Assembly: GCF_009914755.1 (NCBI RefSeq)
Contig: NC_060928.1
Origin: the human T2T-CHM13v2.0 reference genome, Homo sapiens
Length of the DNA stretch: 64,000 bases
Reading direction: 5' to 3' (one strand)
The notes under the pieces were generated by a model that was not told where the DNA came from, did not search any database, and saw only the letters and a program-made list of their open reading frames with translations. Made by a program: the position numbers and the translations under genes. This document shows positions 39,894 to 53,947 of this stretch, one piece after another (positions within the stretch are counted from its first letter, which is position 1; every line of letters starts with the position of its first letter).

Positions 39894-39927
39894 TTAATAT
39901 TTAGTCCTCTGACCCATGAGTACAGTA

Positions 39928-40092
39928 TTTTTTTTTTCTTTTTTTTGAGAGGGAGTCTCGCTCTTTTGCCCATGCTGGAGTGAAGTGGTGCGATCTCAGC
40001 ACCTCCGCCCGCCGGGTTCAGGCGATTCTTCTGCCTCAGCCGCCCAAGTAGCTGGGATTACAGGCACATGGCACCATGCCCGGCTAATTTTT
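39928..40092 (-). mobile_element. 5'-truncated Alu (right arm only)
   Basis: Poly-T, right monomer ending at the central linker; TSD GA[G/A]TACAGTATTTTTT. Confidence 0.88.
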
Positions 40093-43000
40093 GGAATACA
40101 GTATTTTTTAAATTTACTTAGGTCTTTTATATTTCTCAGTAATGTTTTATGGTTTTCAGTGTACAGACTGCACATATTTTGTTAAATTTTCTAATGTTTT
40201 CGATGCTTTTATAGGAAGTATTTTTAAAAATTTTAGAATTTCCAATTGAACACGGCTAGAAATAGTTGCTTTTGTTTCTAATAACCTTGTATTCCGTTAT
40301 CTTGCTAAAGTCACTCATTTCCTCATGAGCCTTTTTTATTAGCTATGTTGTGATTTTTCTCTGTAGATGATTGTTATCTGTGAATGCACATAGTTTTTAA
40401 ACATTTTTCTTATGTTAGTATTTTCTTTCTTTGTCCTGCCTTACAGTCTTTGCCAGAACTTCTGGTACAATGTTAAATAAATGTAGTGAGGGCAGACATA
40501 CTTGCATTGTCCCTGATCTTAGGGAGGAATCAGTCTTTCAGCATTTATATGTTAGATGTGGTTTTTTAATAGAAGTGCTTTTCAGTGCTAAATTCTCCAT
40601 CATTAATTGTGGAATTAAATATATTTCCTTGTATTTCTATAGCAAATATATTTTTGCATTATCATATTTTCCTGATAAACTTATCCCATTATTTCAATGT
40701 AATACAATATTTCCTTTTCTCAAGTCTAGTTTGTCTGATAGTATTATAGCCTCTTCAGTTTTCTTTCCATTAGAGTTGTGTGGCATATTTGCTATTGATT
40801 TTAACTAATCTATGTCTTATATTTGTCATTGATCTCATTGTTGGTAGCATATATTATTTTTTTATATGATTTTAAAATCTATGCCTTTTAATTTAGCATT
40901 TATATAATTTGCATTTAATGTAATTGATGTATATGCTTACATTTAAATATACTATCTTGCAATTTTTTTCTATTTATACTATCTGGTTTTTGTTTCTTAT
41001 TTTTACTTTCTATTTTTAATTTATTACTTATAATTATTTTATATTAGTTACCATAATGTTTACTATATAGATATATATATCTTTATCTTGTCACAGTCTG
41101 TTGCCTGATAATATTATGTTGCTTTATGTGAAGTATAACAAACTTAGAAAAGTTCATTGACTTCCTTCTACACTCTTTGCTATTTTTGGTCAAATATTTT
41201 AATTCTACATGTAAGTACCACAATACCTTGGTACTATCGTACCTTCAGACAGTCACATCATTTAAAGATATTAAACATAAAGAATAACATATTTTATATT
41301 TACTCACATTTTTATTCCTTCCCAGGTATTTTATTTCTTTTATAGATCCATGTTCCTGTCTGGTATCATTATTCTTCTGCCTGAGAACGTCCTTTATTAT
41401 TTCTGATGGTGCAGGTCTAGAGTGATAATTTCTTTTACCATGTGTATTCCTTAATATGTCTTTACTTCATCTTTATTTTTAAATTTTTCTTGATAAACTT
41501 TATTTTTAAGACAGTTTTAGGTTTACAGAAAAACTGAGTGGATAGTACAGAAATTTTCTATACATTTATCTCCCCCCCCCCACACACGGTTTCCTCTATT
41601 ATTAATATGTATATTTGCATAGTATGTTTGTTACAGTTCGTAAGCCAATACTGGTATACTATTGTTCACAGTTTATTCAGATTTCCTTCATTTTTACCTA
41701 ATATCATTTTCTTATTCCAGGATCCCATTGAGGATGCCACATTATGTTTCATTGCCATGTCTCCATAGACTCTTCTTGGTTGTGATGGTTTCTCACGCTT
41801 TTCTTGGTTTTGAAGACGTTGACAATTTTCTTCCATTGGGATTTGCTTGATGCTTTTCTCATGATTACACTGGAACTGTGACTTTTTAGAAGGAAGATCA
41901 TAGAGGTAAAGTGTCATTTTTATTGCATATAAAGCTTATTATTAACATAACTTCTTACCACCGTTGAAGATTTTCAGGTTCCCTTACTGTAATTCTTTTG
42001 TTTTTTCAAATTGTAATCTTTGGAAGGAAAAGTCACTGCGTACAGTCTACACTTAAGGAGTGGAAGTCATGTTCCATCTCCTTTAAAGTGGAATCTCTAC
42101 ATAATTCACTTGTTATTCTTCTTCATTGGAGACGTGTCTCTTTTTCCTCATTTATTAATTTATTTAATAATTTATTTATAATATGAATACATTGTTATTT
42201 ATTTTATACTTTTGCATATAATCCAATACCATTTTAATTTGTTGCTCAAATTGTTTCAGATTTGGCCATTGGCAACTCTTTCAAATGGCTACTGTGCACA
42301 TATGACATATCACCATCCAGTTTTTAAAACCTTTTTTACTTTCTACCATTAACATGATGCTCCAAGCTTATCTTGTACATTTCCTGCTGCAGTCCAAGAA
42401 TCAGCTGTTTATCAAAAACCTCTGGTTTATTTTATTGGAGAACAGTATTAGAAAGTAATATCTAGGTGCTAGATGTGGTCATTGCTGCTGAGGTGTAATT
42501 TCTATTTTGCTCCTTTTAGCTGACAGAGCAAGGAAACTGTCAAACTAATTCTAAAATGGTTGCACTATTTTACATTCCTATCGCCAATGACTAAGAGTTT
42601 CTGTTGTGCTGCATCCTCAAATATCAGCATTTGATGTCAGATGTTTGGATTTTAGCCATTTTAATAGGTTTGTGCTATCTCATTGTTGTACTAATTTGCA
42701 ATTTTAAAATACAAAAGGTTTTAAACATTTTTTTAATATCCTTATCTGTACATCTCCTTTGGTGAAGTGTCTGTTCAGATATTTTGCCTGTTTTTAAATT
42801 GGGTTGTTTGTTTTATTATTGTGGAAAATTCACCGTTCTTTGTATATTTTGAAAATAAGGCCCCTATCAAATATGCATTTTACCATAATTTTATCCCAGT
42901 CTATGGCTTGTCTTTTCATTCTCTTTACATTGATATTTACAGAGAAGAATGTTTAAATTTTTAATAATAAAGTTCAACTTATCAATTTTTTCTATCATGG

Positions 43001-46000
43001 AGCATACTTTTGGTTGTATATAAAAACTATTAGGAAACACAAGTTTACCCACATTTTATAATATTTTTCTAGAAGTTTTAGGAGTTTGCATTTTACATTT
43101 AGATCTAAGACCAATTTTGCCTTCATTTTTATAAAAGGTACAAATTATTAAATTCTTGTATTTTTTTGGTTATGAATATATAGCACTATTTGTTAAAAGA
43201 CTGTCTTTTCTACATTGTATTGCCTTTGTTCCATTATCAAAGACAAGGTGATTATAGGTAGGTAGGTCTAATTCTGGGATCTTTATTTTGTTCCCTTGAT
43301 CTATGTGTCTATTATTTTGTCAGTATCATGCTCTTCTTATCACTGTAGCTGAAGCTGATGAGTCTGAAGATAATAAGTCTGAAGTTGAGTAGTAATATCA
43401 ATCCTCTATTTTGTTCTTTTTCTTCACAATTGTGTTGGTTACTCCAGGTCTTTTATCTTATCATACAAACTTTAGATTCAGTTGATCAATATTCATGAAA
43501 TAGTTTGCTGAAATGTTGACTGGGTTGTGCTGAATCTATAGATCAATTCAGAAGAACGGACATCTGAACAATGTTCCATGAACATGGTATATTTTTCTAC
43601 TAATTTACATCATTTTCAAATTTATTTTTTCAGTTTTTTTAGTTTTCCATATATACATCCTGTACATATTTTGTCATATATGTGCCTAAATGTTTCATTT
43701 TTTGATATTGATGTAAATAGTATTATGTTTTAATTTTAAATTCAAATTGCTCATTGCTGGCATAAAAGAAGTATTTTTCATATTTACCTTGTTTCCTATG
43801 ACTTTGCTACAATTAATTCAGAGTTCCATTTTCTTGTTGATTCATTAGGATGTTCTACATAAATAATCCAGTCATCCTTTTAAAAAGACAGTTTTATTTT
43901 TTCATTGATTATCTGTGTACCTTTATGACCATTCCTTGTCTTACTGTACTAGGTATGACGTCCAGTACAATATTTAATAAGACTGGGGAGAGGGGACATT
44001 CATTCTTTGTTCTTAATCTTAAAAGAAAAATATACAGGTACTGGCCATTAAGTATGATGCTATCTGCAGTTATTTTGTAGATGTTCTTTATCAAGGTGAG
44101 GAAGTTCACCTCTAGTTTTCTGAGTTTTGTTTTTTTTTTTGCCATAAATGTATATTGGATTGTGCCCAGTGCATTTTCTGCATCAATTGATATGATTATG
44201 TGATTTTTGTTCTTTAGCCTATTGATATGATGGATTACATAGATTGCTTTTCAAATGTAGAGCTAGCTTTGCATAAATGGAATAAATGCCACTTGCTTAT
44301 TTTGTATAATTCTTTTTGTACATTGTTGGATTCAACTTGCTAATGTACTGTTGAAGATATTTTATTTAGTTCCATAAGAGATATTGGCAAGTAGTTTTCC
44401 TTTGTTTAGAATGTCTTAATCTGGTTTTAGAATTGTATAATGCTGGCATCATAGAATTAGTTAGGAAATGTCTATTTCTGTTATCTAAAAGAGATGGTAA
44501 AGAACTGGTATTGTTTCTTAAATGTTTGGTAGAATTCACCAGTGAAAGCATCTTGGTCTGGTGCTGTCTTTAAAAAATTATTAATTACTTTTTCAATTTA
44601 TTTAATAATTATAAACCTATTCCGGTTATCTGTTTCTCCTTTTGTGAATTTTTTGGAGTTTGTGTCTTTCACAGAATTGGTCTGTTTTATCTAAGTTATT
44701 TAATCAGTGGGCCTAGAGTTACTCATAATATTCCTTTGTTATCCTCTTAATGTCCATTGGATCTTTAGTGATGATGCATTTTTTTTCTTTACATTATTAG
44801 TAATTTGTGCCTTCTTCCTTTTATTTTTTTGGTTAGCATAGCCAGAAATTTGTCAAATTGATTGATCTTTTTGAAAACCAGCATTTGGGTTTGCAGACTT
44901 TGCGGATTTTCTGATTTTAATTTCATTGATTTCTATTCTAATTTTCACTATGTATTTTCATCTGTTTTTATTAGGATTAAATTGCTCTGATTCCTTTCTT
45001 ATAATCTTTTATGTTATGAATATTATATAATTCATAATTATAGTACATAACTAATAATTGTTATAAAATGAATTATAATAACATATTGTAATATTTCATA
45101 ATATATGCAGTCAATGCAATAAATTTTTTTCTATTGGTGCAGAAGGATATGCACTGCGGTGCAGAGTTTCATAGCACCGTTTTTGCTATATTGCACACAT
45201 TTTAATAAGTTGTCTTTTTATTTCACATAGTTAAGATTATTTTAATATTTCCATTGTTTTTTTTTTGTTTAAATTTGACCCAGGTGTTATTTAGAATAGT
45301 GTTATTTAAGCTTCATATATTTTGGAATTTTCAAGCTTTCTGTTATTAAAATTTAATTAATTTGATTAAATCTAATTAAATCTAATTAATTTAATTCCAT
45401 TCTAATCTGAGATTGTACTTTGCATTATTTCTATTCTTTTAAATATGGTATGGTAATTTTACAGTCCAGAATGTTGTCCATCTTGTTGAATATTCCATTT
45501 GGTTTGAGAAGAATGAGTATTCCACTGTTGTTGATTGAAGTATTCTACAAATGTCAGCTAGATGCAGTTGATAAATGGTGGTGTTTATTTCAACCATGCC
45601 CTTCCCAATTTTCTACTGGTTGTATTTATCAGATGCTGAAAGAGGGGTATTGAAGTCTCTAACTATAATCATAGATTTGTCTATTTCTCATTGCTTTTTT
45701 CTCAGTTTTGTCTCTTCAATGATTTGTTTTCAGATGTGGAAAAGTGGTTCTTTTATTACTATGTAATGCCTCTCTTGTAGCTCTGATAATTTTTCTTGGT
45801 CTCAATTCTGCTTATCTGAAGTTAATATAACTACCTCCACTTTCTTTTGATTAGTGTTAGCATGATGCATATTTCCACATGTCTTTACTTTTAACCTGTC
45901 TTGCTTTTTATTTAAAGTAGGTTTCTTGTAGACTACTTATAGTTGAACCTTGTTTTCTTTTTTTTAATTCAGTCTGATAGACTGTCTCCTAATTGTTATA

Positions 46001-46263
46001 TTTAGACCCCTCACATTTAATGTGAATACTGACATATTTTGATTAGTGTCTATTGTGTTTTGAATTTTGTATGTGAATTGCACTTACCCTTTACTTTTTA
46101 AAACAGTATTTTACCTTCTCTGGCTTTAACTGAGCCAGACTATTATTATTTTTTCTCTTAGTATATCAATCGTGCTTCTTTTCGAAGTATTTTAGTGGCT
46201 GTCCTAGAATTTATGATATACATTTGCAACTAACCTAAGTCTACTTTCAAATAACACTATACT

Positions 46264-46556
<293 letters not shown>

Positions 46557-47609
46557 CTATACTGCTTCAGGGTAGTGCAATTACCTTGTAAAAGAGTATC
46601 TCCAATTTCTCCTTTCTTTTGTTCCTTATAAAATTGCTGTAATTCATTTTACCTAACCATATTTTATCATCACTAAATACATTGTTATTCTTATTTCTTT
46701 GAACAAACAAGTATCTATGCAATCAAGTAATAATTAAAACAATAAAAGATTTTATTTTATCTGCATTTATTCATTCACCAGTTTCTTTATGTGGATGTTA
46801 ATTTCTTACCTATTTTAATTTCTTTTCCTTTGAAGATTTTCTTTTATTAACATTTTACAAGACAGTTCTTCTGACAGATTTCTTCATATTTTGTTTGTCT
46901 GAGGAACTCTTTATTTCTACTTCACTTTTGAAGAATAATTTCACTAATTATAGAATTCTAGCTTGGTGGTTTTGTTTTCATTTCTATACTTTAAATATTT
47001 CGCTCCACTGTCGTCTTGTTTGCATCGTTTCTGATAAGAGGGCTACCGCAATTCTTATCCTTTCACCTCTACAGCTAAGGCATTTATCCACACCTTTGGC
47101 TGCTTTCAAGATTTTATCTTTGATTTTCTGCAGGTTGAACAAGATTTGCCAAGGTGTAGGGCTTTTTGTTATTGTTGTCTATTTTTTTCCCCCACTTATA
47201 GTACTCAGTGCTTTTTGAGTTTCCTATATGTATTGTTTGGTGTGCATCATTAATCTGCAAAAGTTCTCAGCCATCTTTAATTCAAATAATTATTCTGTTC
47301 CTTTCTCTCTTTCATCTCCTCTTCTCATTTTAATTATGCAGATGTAACAGTTTTTATAATTGTCCCACAGTCCTTGGGTATTCTGGATTTTTTAAATTCT
47401 TTTTTTAGTTTCTAATTTAGTTAGGAAGTTTTCGTTCGCATATCTTCAAGCTTATCAATTCATTCCTCAGCTATCTCTAGTCTTCTGATGAGCCCATTCA
47501 AAGTAGCCTTCACTTCTGTCAAAATATCCTTTAGTTCTATCATTCATTTTTGATATTTTTATCAAGTTTTCATCTCTCTGCTTACCACCTATACTTGCAT
47601 GTTTTGTAC

Positions 47610-47906
47610 TTTTTTTCTTTTTGAGACGGAGTCTCTGTCTGTCACCCAGGCTGGCGGGCAGTGACACGATCTCAGCTCACTGCAAGCTCTGCCTCCTGGG
47701 TTCACGCCACTCTCCTGCCTCAGCCTCCTGAGTGAGTAGCTGGGACTATAGGCGCCCACCACCATGCCTGGCTAATTTTTTGTATTTTTAGTAGAGACGG
47801 GTTTCACCGTGTTAGCCAGGATGGTCTCGATCTCCTGACCTCGTGGTCTGCCCACCTTGGCCTCCCAAAGTGCTGGGATTGCAGGTGTGAGACACCTCAC
47901 CCGGCT
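47610..47906 (-). mobile_element. AluY SINE
   Basis: gcaagctc, gttagccaggatggtctcgatctcctgacctcgtg Y diagnostics; TSD about TACTTTTTT. Confidence 0.93.
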
Positions 47907-48386
47907 ATACTTTTTTAACTAATGAATTTAAGATATTCATCATGGTTGTTTTAAATTTTCTAGGTGATATTTTGAAAGTCTGTGACTCTAACTAATCCTT
48001 GTCCTGATACTCATGTTGTCTCCTCAGAGATTGGGGTTTTTCCTTGCTTTAGCTAGTCTTGTACTTTTAGTTGAACTCTGGACATGATGTATTGCATAAT
48101 AAGAACTGAGATAAATAGACTTTTAGTGTGAGATTTTATGTTAATATTGCTAGGGGCTAGGCTATGTTTAATATTTACAGTATATTTACATGTAAAAAGC
48201 TTCCATTTTCTTCATTGTCCCTATTTATCTTTATTTTTCCTGTTGTCTTTGGATTTCCCTAAGAATGCCTAAATCAAGTCCGTGTCTTGCAGTGTTTTCC
48301 ATCATAATAATCTACTGTTACTACACTGAAGTTATGTTGATGTGGTGGTAAGGACTGAGGGAAGGAAAGCGTTCTATAGTCTTATA

Positions 48387-48436
48387 ACTGCACTCCAGAC
48401 TGGGCGACAGAGCGAGCCTCCGTCTCAAAAAGAAAA
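48387..48436 (+). mobile_element. About 50-bp Alu 3' fragment
   Basis: actgcactccagactgggcgacagagcgagcctccgtctcaaaaagaaaa. Confidence 0.88.
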
Positions 48437-50520
48437 CTACTTGTTGGACTAAATTTCTGAGTTGTGACATTCAGAAGAGTTTCTTAGCCTTCCCTCCATC
48501 CTCTTAGTTTGAGTCAGGAAAGCTAGAGAAGGATGGAGTTGACTAATTGCCTTTCCTCCAGGTAGGCAAGGCCCTGGTAAAACTAGGTTTTCTTGAAGAG
48601 CAAGCCTTTGTTATGATGAATGTTCTGAGTGTATTTGAAATGGCTACATTTTTCTCACCCTAACTGAAACTGGAGGGAATGTCTTTTGGATCCTGAGAAC
48701 CTGATTAATTTTCTGGAGGCAAAGTCCATTAAAATGTGCATCGAGGGCAGGGATCTTAGGCTGTAGCTTCTCATCTTCACTGTAGGCCACAGCCTTCAGC
48801 AGTTATTCACAATTGCCTTTTAAGTGTTCCCACCACATTCTGGCTCCAGTAGCTTCTGTTATAGGTTAGGTGGTTTGGGGCTGTGATTTTCTATATTCTC
48901 CTGTCTCTCCAGTTTTTGTTATGGCACTTTACTCCGTCACCTTAATCCTCTGATGGCTCTAAGAAAAGTTGTTGATTTTTAGTTTGTTCAGCTTTTTTCT
49001 TATTGTAAGAACAAAAGTGATGACTTCCAAGCTCTCTGGTTGGAGTTAAAACCAGAAATCTTGCCTTTGTTTTTTAAGAACATTTTCACCAGATATAAAA
49101 TTCCAGGTTGGCAGTTTTTTCTCTCAGTACTTGAAAGCTATTGCTTAACTATCCTCGTGCTTGGATTGTTTCTCAAGAGAAATATGCTCTTTCTTATCTT
49201 AGAACATATAAGAAGGAATAAAACAAGTGAGGGTTGGAGAAGAGGAAGAAAAGGCTTCAAAAACACAGGAAACATTTATTAAAAGATGAATTACCACATC
49301 TGGAACAACAGATAGGGAATAATACGCCATTCTGAGGAGGGATACTCTGGCAGACCAGCTGCTAAGCTTGCGATGCTTTTGTCACCCTAGGTAAATTTTA
49401 GATCCACAGAACTGAGAAAGAAGTGAGATTTCAACACTCCCATGACTTCGAAGATGAGCAGTGGGAATCGCTTTTATTTGGTGAGGTAGAACACTTTTTC
49501 AAAAACGTGACAGGAAATGTATAATAAAAAGTATTCAGCTTTAGAAGCAGTCTTAATAAACCAAGCATTCAGGCCCCAAGTTCAAGAACATGGCATGAGA
49601 AATGGCAGAATGTCAGGAGTATTAAAAACTCTTGTCTTCCCTAAGATTGGAAATATAGCATCTCATAAATCAAACATAAACCAAATAAGTATTAAGCACA
49701 GTTGAAACTTGGGAAGTAAGTACAGAATGTCAAAAATGTAGAATCCTATTTTTCTTTTATTCTTTAGATGGTATTTCAATGATTTACCTCTAAATGAATT
49801 TCCTCAATTTTAGGGTTCAGTCTCTGAGCTTTAAAACAAACACATAGTATAGCTATTTACTTATTAGCAATGTCAAAGTGTAGAACTTGTTGTTTAAGTC
49901 TCACCATAATTGGCCATTTTATCAAAGAGTAAAACGCACATAGCTGAATGCACTCATAATATGATTAGTTTGTTATAACATTTTGCTCGATGGGAAGGAA
50001 ACTTTCACATAGTCCCTACTTTGGCCTCTAAAAACTTAAGCACTAATAACACAGAAAACTGACACGGAAAACCTAAATATTTTGGAAGTATAATAAATAC
50101 ATTACACAAGTGTGTAATCTAAAAGCAGAATATTATATGTCTTATTGCATGAAGGTACCAAAGTGAAAAATAAGTAGCAGAATATTGCATACAAGACAAG
50201 GGGAAAATATATGTGAGTGCTTAGATAGGGGTATGAAAATCATGATTCTATTTATGGGCAGTTTGATTTATTCATTTATTGTCAAAGTTTTTGACAATCT
50301 AGTGTATACTACATACATTTCACAAGAATAGCAAGTCAAGATGTATTGCTTTTGACATTCTCGAGGAATAGACTGGTTAACAGGCAATTAAATACACCAG
50401 GCCATGTTCTTTAATAGGAATACTTATTGCTTATTTTGAAGGGTCATAAGACACTTTGTATAAATGAGGCATGAAAAAAGATCATCTAATTAAGAATAGA
50501 TGTATAAGTGATGAATAAGA

Positions 50521-50941
50521 GTATCTTGATCTGTTTTCTGTTGACATCACAGAATACCCAAGAATAGATAATTTATAAAGAAAAGAAGTTTACTTTACTT
50601 ATAGTTTTGGAGCTGTGAAATCCAAGAGCATGGTGGCAGCTTTTGGTGAGGGCTTTTGTACCACATTATAATGAGGCAGAATAGCAGAAAAGGAAGTGGC
50701 AGTTGCAAAAGGGGTGAAACAGAGGGGTGACCTTACTTTATAATAAGCTACTTTTTCAGTAGCTAATCTAGTCTCATGAGAGCAAGAGCAAGGTCTCAGT
50801 CACTCCCATGAGAATAAGCCAAGTTCTGCCAGAGCAGCATTAATTTCTCTGACTTCTTAAAGGCCCAGTCTCCCAACACTTCCACATTTGGAACTGAATT
50901 TCCAACCCATGAATTCTGGGGCAATCACTCAAACTTCAGCA
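50521..50941 (-). mobile_element. MSTC/D-like solo LTR
   Basis: acagaataccc...taatttataaagaaaagaag...tccaagagcatggtggcagc...ccatgaattctggggcaatcactcaaac. Confidence 0.8.
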
Positions 50942-51029
50942 AACAGTAAGCTCACCCCCCCATCCCATTATTAGCATATTGAAGGTAGATGGTTTTAGAA
51001 AGACTGTCCAGTGTTTCCTAAAGTCCAGT

Positions 51030-51976
51030 TGATGGCGGTGGCTGCTGCCATCACGATGGCTGCAGCAGGGAGGAGGGGCTGGGGCTGCACACTTCATGGA
51101 GCCAGTGGGAGCCCCGCCCTTTCTGAGTTGGAGCCTGAGCTCCCCCAGTGCCACTGCAGCTGCTTTCCTAGGGACAAGACCTGGGCATCTCTGCAGTGTG
51201 CACCCTCGGGGGCCCCATGAAGGACCTTTCTCTTTCCCCAACCCTGCAGGCTCAGGGGTGTCTGCTGCCGCTGACTGGCCTCTCTCTGCTCCAGGTGACT
51301 GCTTTGATCTCTCAGAGGGGTTTGGGGACTGGCCCCAGGGGCTATGAAAGGCAATGGGAGGCAGATTGATTCCTAGATGCAGGGGGGTGGGTCCCCAGTA
51401 AGGCCCCACCTTCAGGTTAAGGAGGGTCTGAAGGCTGGGGGACGGGCTGACAGTCCTGCAGGCAACAGTAGGGACTCATGATTCCTCTTCCTGGCTGCCC
51501 ATGGCCACCCATGGACCAATTGGCACACACTTCCTCCTCTCTGAGGTCCATAAAAGCCCTGGGCTCAGCCAGAGCAGGACAGAGGACAGCCAGAGGACAA
51601 ACAGGGCAGAGAGACCACCTTCTCTACTGAGAGCTGCAGACAAGACCTGCTGGCAGAGAGGAGCCACTCTCTCCAGGCCTCCTGTCCGCTGAGAGCTACA
51701 GACCTCAGGATGACCAGTTGCAGAAGGTAGCTACCCTCTTGAGGGCCTCCTCTCTGCTGAGAATGGAACACTTGATGGATGACCTGCCTACAGAGAGAGC
51801 TACCCACTGTGGGTCTCCTCTGAGCTGTTGTAACACTCAATAAAGCTCATCTTCATCTTGTTCATCCTTCGCTTGTCTGCCTACCTCATTCTCCCTGGAT
51901 GCAAGACAAGAACTCAGACAAAGGTGCTGTGGCCACAGAGGTTCCAGCCAGAAAACACCCCAAAGATACTGTAACG
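51030..51976 (+). mobile_element. MER52-family (ERV1) solo LTR
   Basis: tgatggcggtggctgctgccatcacgatggctgcagcaggg start; CATAAAA about 51549, AATAAA about 51839; perfect 4-bp TSD CAGT. Confidence 0.88.
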
Positions 51977-53494
51977 CAGTCATTATCAGACCACCTTCTC
52001 CAATATGGTCATGTCCTGTACCAACTGTGCCATTACTTAATGATGTTCTTTATGTTAATTTACTCTTTTGTTCAAATAACTTTTTATCAAAAGGGAAGGT
52101 TTCTATTACTAGCATAAAGACAGTTACATAGAAAGTAATCATATAAAAGATGCGATAAAAACACAATTATTTAGATATGGTTGTCTGAAAAAGTTGGAGC
52201 ACAGTAAGATATGTAAGCATTCAAGATTGCTGAAGATGGGTAGTACTAAACTGAGAATTTCTCTTTGACAGAAGGACAGAAAGAAAATTGAAATTATATT
52301 TTTTATTTCATTTGAGGTTTATGTGCCACAAACTAAATCTATTCCCTATGCCTGCTAAACCCATATGCCACATATGTCTTCTACACTTTGGGAAAGGCTG
52401 GGCTGTATGCAACAAATAGGAGTAAAGTGAATACTAGAGCTAAAAGCAGGAGAAGGTGTGAGAAAGTTCTTTTTTCTTTCAATAAAAATGTATTATCTTA
52501 TTGAAAAGAAAGTTAGACAGCCTCAGTGTATCAGGATCTATCTAACAGTATTGTGATAATTATTAATTTTCATGTTAAGTTATAACCCTTCCACTATTAG
52601 ATCCCATATTGTCATATTAATATTAAAGTTCAGCTCCATGTAAATCCCAGACACTAGTTCTACCTTCTAAAGAGGTTTACATATGAGAAATACTCTGTTG
52701 AGCTTAACTGAGTTTATGTGACATTCCAGTGGATATACATTTACCAGGATCTCTTTCAATAAAGAATGAATTAATAAAAGTGATGTTATGGGAGTAAACT
52801 GGAATCTCTAATTTATAACCAGTGAGTCTCAATCACAGACTTGTAGTCTTTAATTGTTTTTAGTAACACATCAGTTGGGATTCACCTACCAAATGACTAA
52901 AAAGAAGTGTATCCCCGCTGGGAGATGTGTGGGAGAACTGCAGTTTCCATGGCACAAAGCAAGTCTATTTTTGTTTTCTTACTGATTTATAAGGGTTTAG
53001 GGATCACTATCATTTTCCCTGATTTTCTCTTTTCCAGTTTAAATACCCTCAGATATGTCAAGATGTGATTTGAAATTGGTTTTCATTACCCTTATTACTT
53101 GGGTTGCCCTCATTTGAGTGGACCTCAGTTTCCTGGTATCTTTCACTGTGTGTAGTCTCAAGGATAAATCCTAGTACTACAGCTATGCTATGTCCAGTGA
53201 AGAACATGGAATAGCTGCTCTTTCTTGTGAGTTCCACTCTCTGCTTCAGTTTCTGCTGATTCAGATTAATTATGATTATTTTACCTACTGGCTACTGCTG
53301 GTTAAGATCCATTGTGATTACTTTAACTGCCACATTTTATTGTTGGCTTATTTATATAGAATTCTTGTTCAATGAAAACCTCAAATCTTTTATTTTCCAA
53401 GTGAATTGCTTATCATTATTATTATTTTAAAAATATATATATATATAATCTTGGCTTTGTCTCTGCTGGAATTTCCAAACAAGGAAATTGTCTG

Positions 53495-53697
53495 CATTGA
53501 AATCTAGTTCTTATATTAACTAGCTGTTTGGCCTTAGATAAATAGCTTCTCCATACTTTTTCTTCCTTACTTTTAAAGTAGTGAAAATAATAGTGCCTAC
53601 TTTATAGGATTGTTTTGAGAATGTGAATTAATATGTGTAGCACAATTAGAACAGAACCTGGCACGTAGCAATGTCTTACATGTGTAACTTATTATTT
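53495..53697 (+). mobile_element. MIR SINE
   Basis: taacttagctgtttggccttagataa...aataatagtgcctac...ggattgttttgagaat...ttagaacagaacctggcacgtag. Confidence 0.75.
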
Positions 53698-53880
53698 TGG
53701 TATGAGACCCTGGGTATTCGTCTTCCCCTAACTTCAATAGAATACTTCATGGAGCATCTTATAAGTTAATCTCTCCTTTTAGTATGCCAGGAAAGCAACA
53801 TGTGTAAAAGAGGTAATTAAAAAGTAGTATTTCTAAAATTCTAATCCATGTATGTTCATTACTTATAAGCTTATTTCCCT

Positions 53881-53947
53881 TTTTTCATCCTATCTACCAT
53901 TAAAAGTAAGTTTTTTCATGCTATCTACCATTAAAAGTAAGTTTTCA
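53881..53947. repeat. 31-bp tandem duplication
   Basis: ctatctaccattaaaagtaagtttt occurs at 53890 and 53921. Confidence 0.9.

Larger units (their letters stand above)
37905..41480 (-). mobile_element. Ancient L1ME-like element (host of MSTC, MLT2A2, Alu arm and L1MC; resumes about 49060-49190)
   Basis: aagtatacagtttgatgagtttagacaaatgta 3' end; aaattcatccatgttgttgcatgtatca; ORF2-like gccagaacttctggtacaatgttaaata. Confidence 0.7.

Noticed and set aside
50936-51840. 157-aa and overlapping ORFs
   Set aside because: They lie within the GC-rich MER52 LTR, where stop codons are scarce; no recognisable domain
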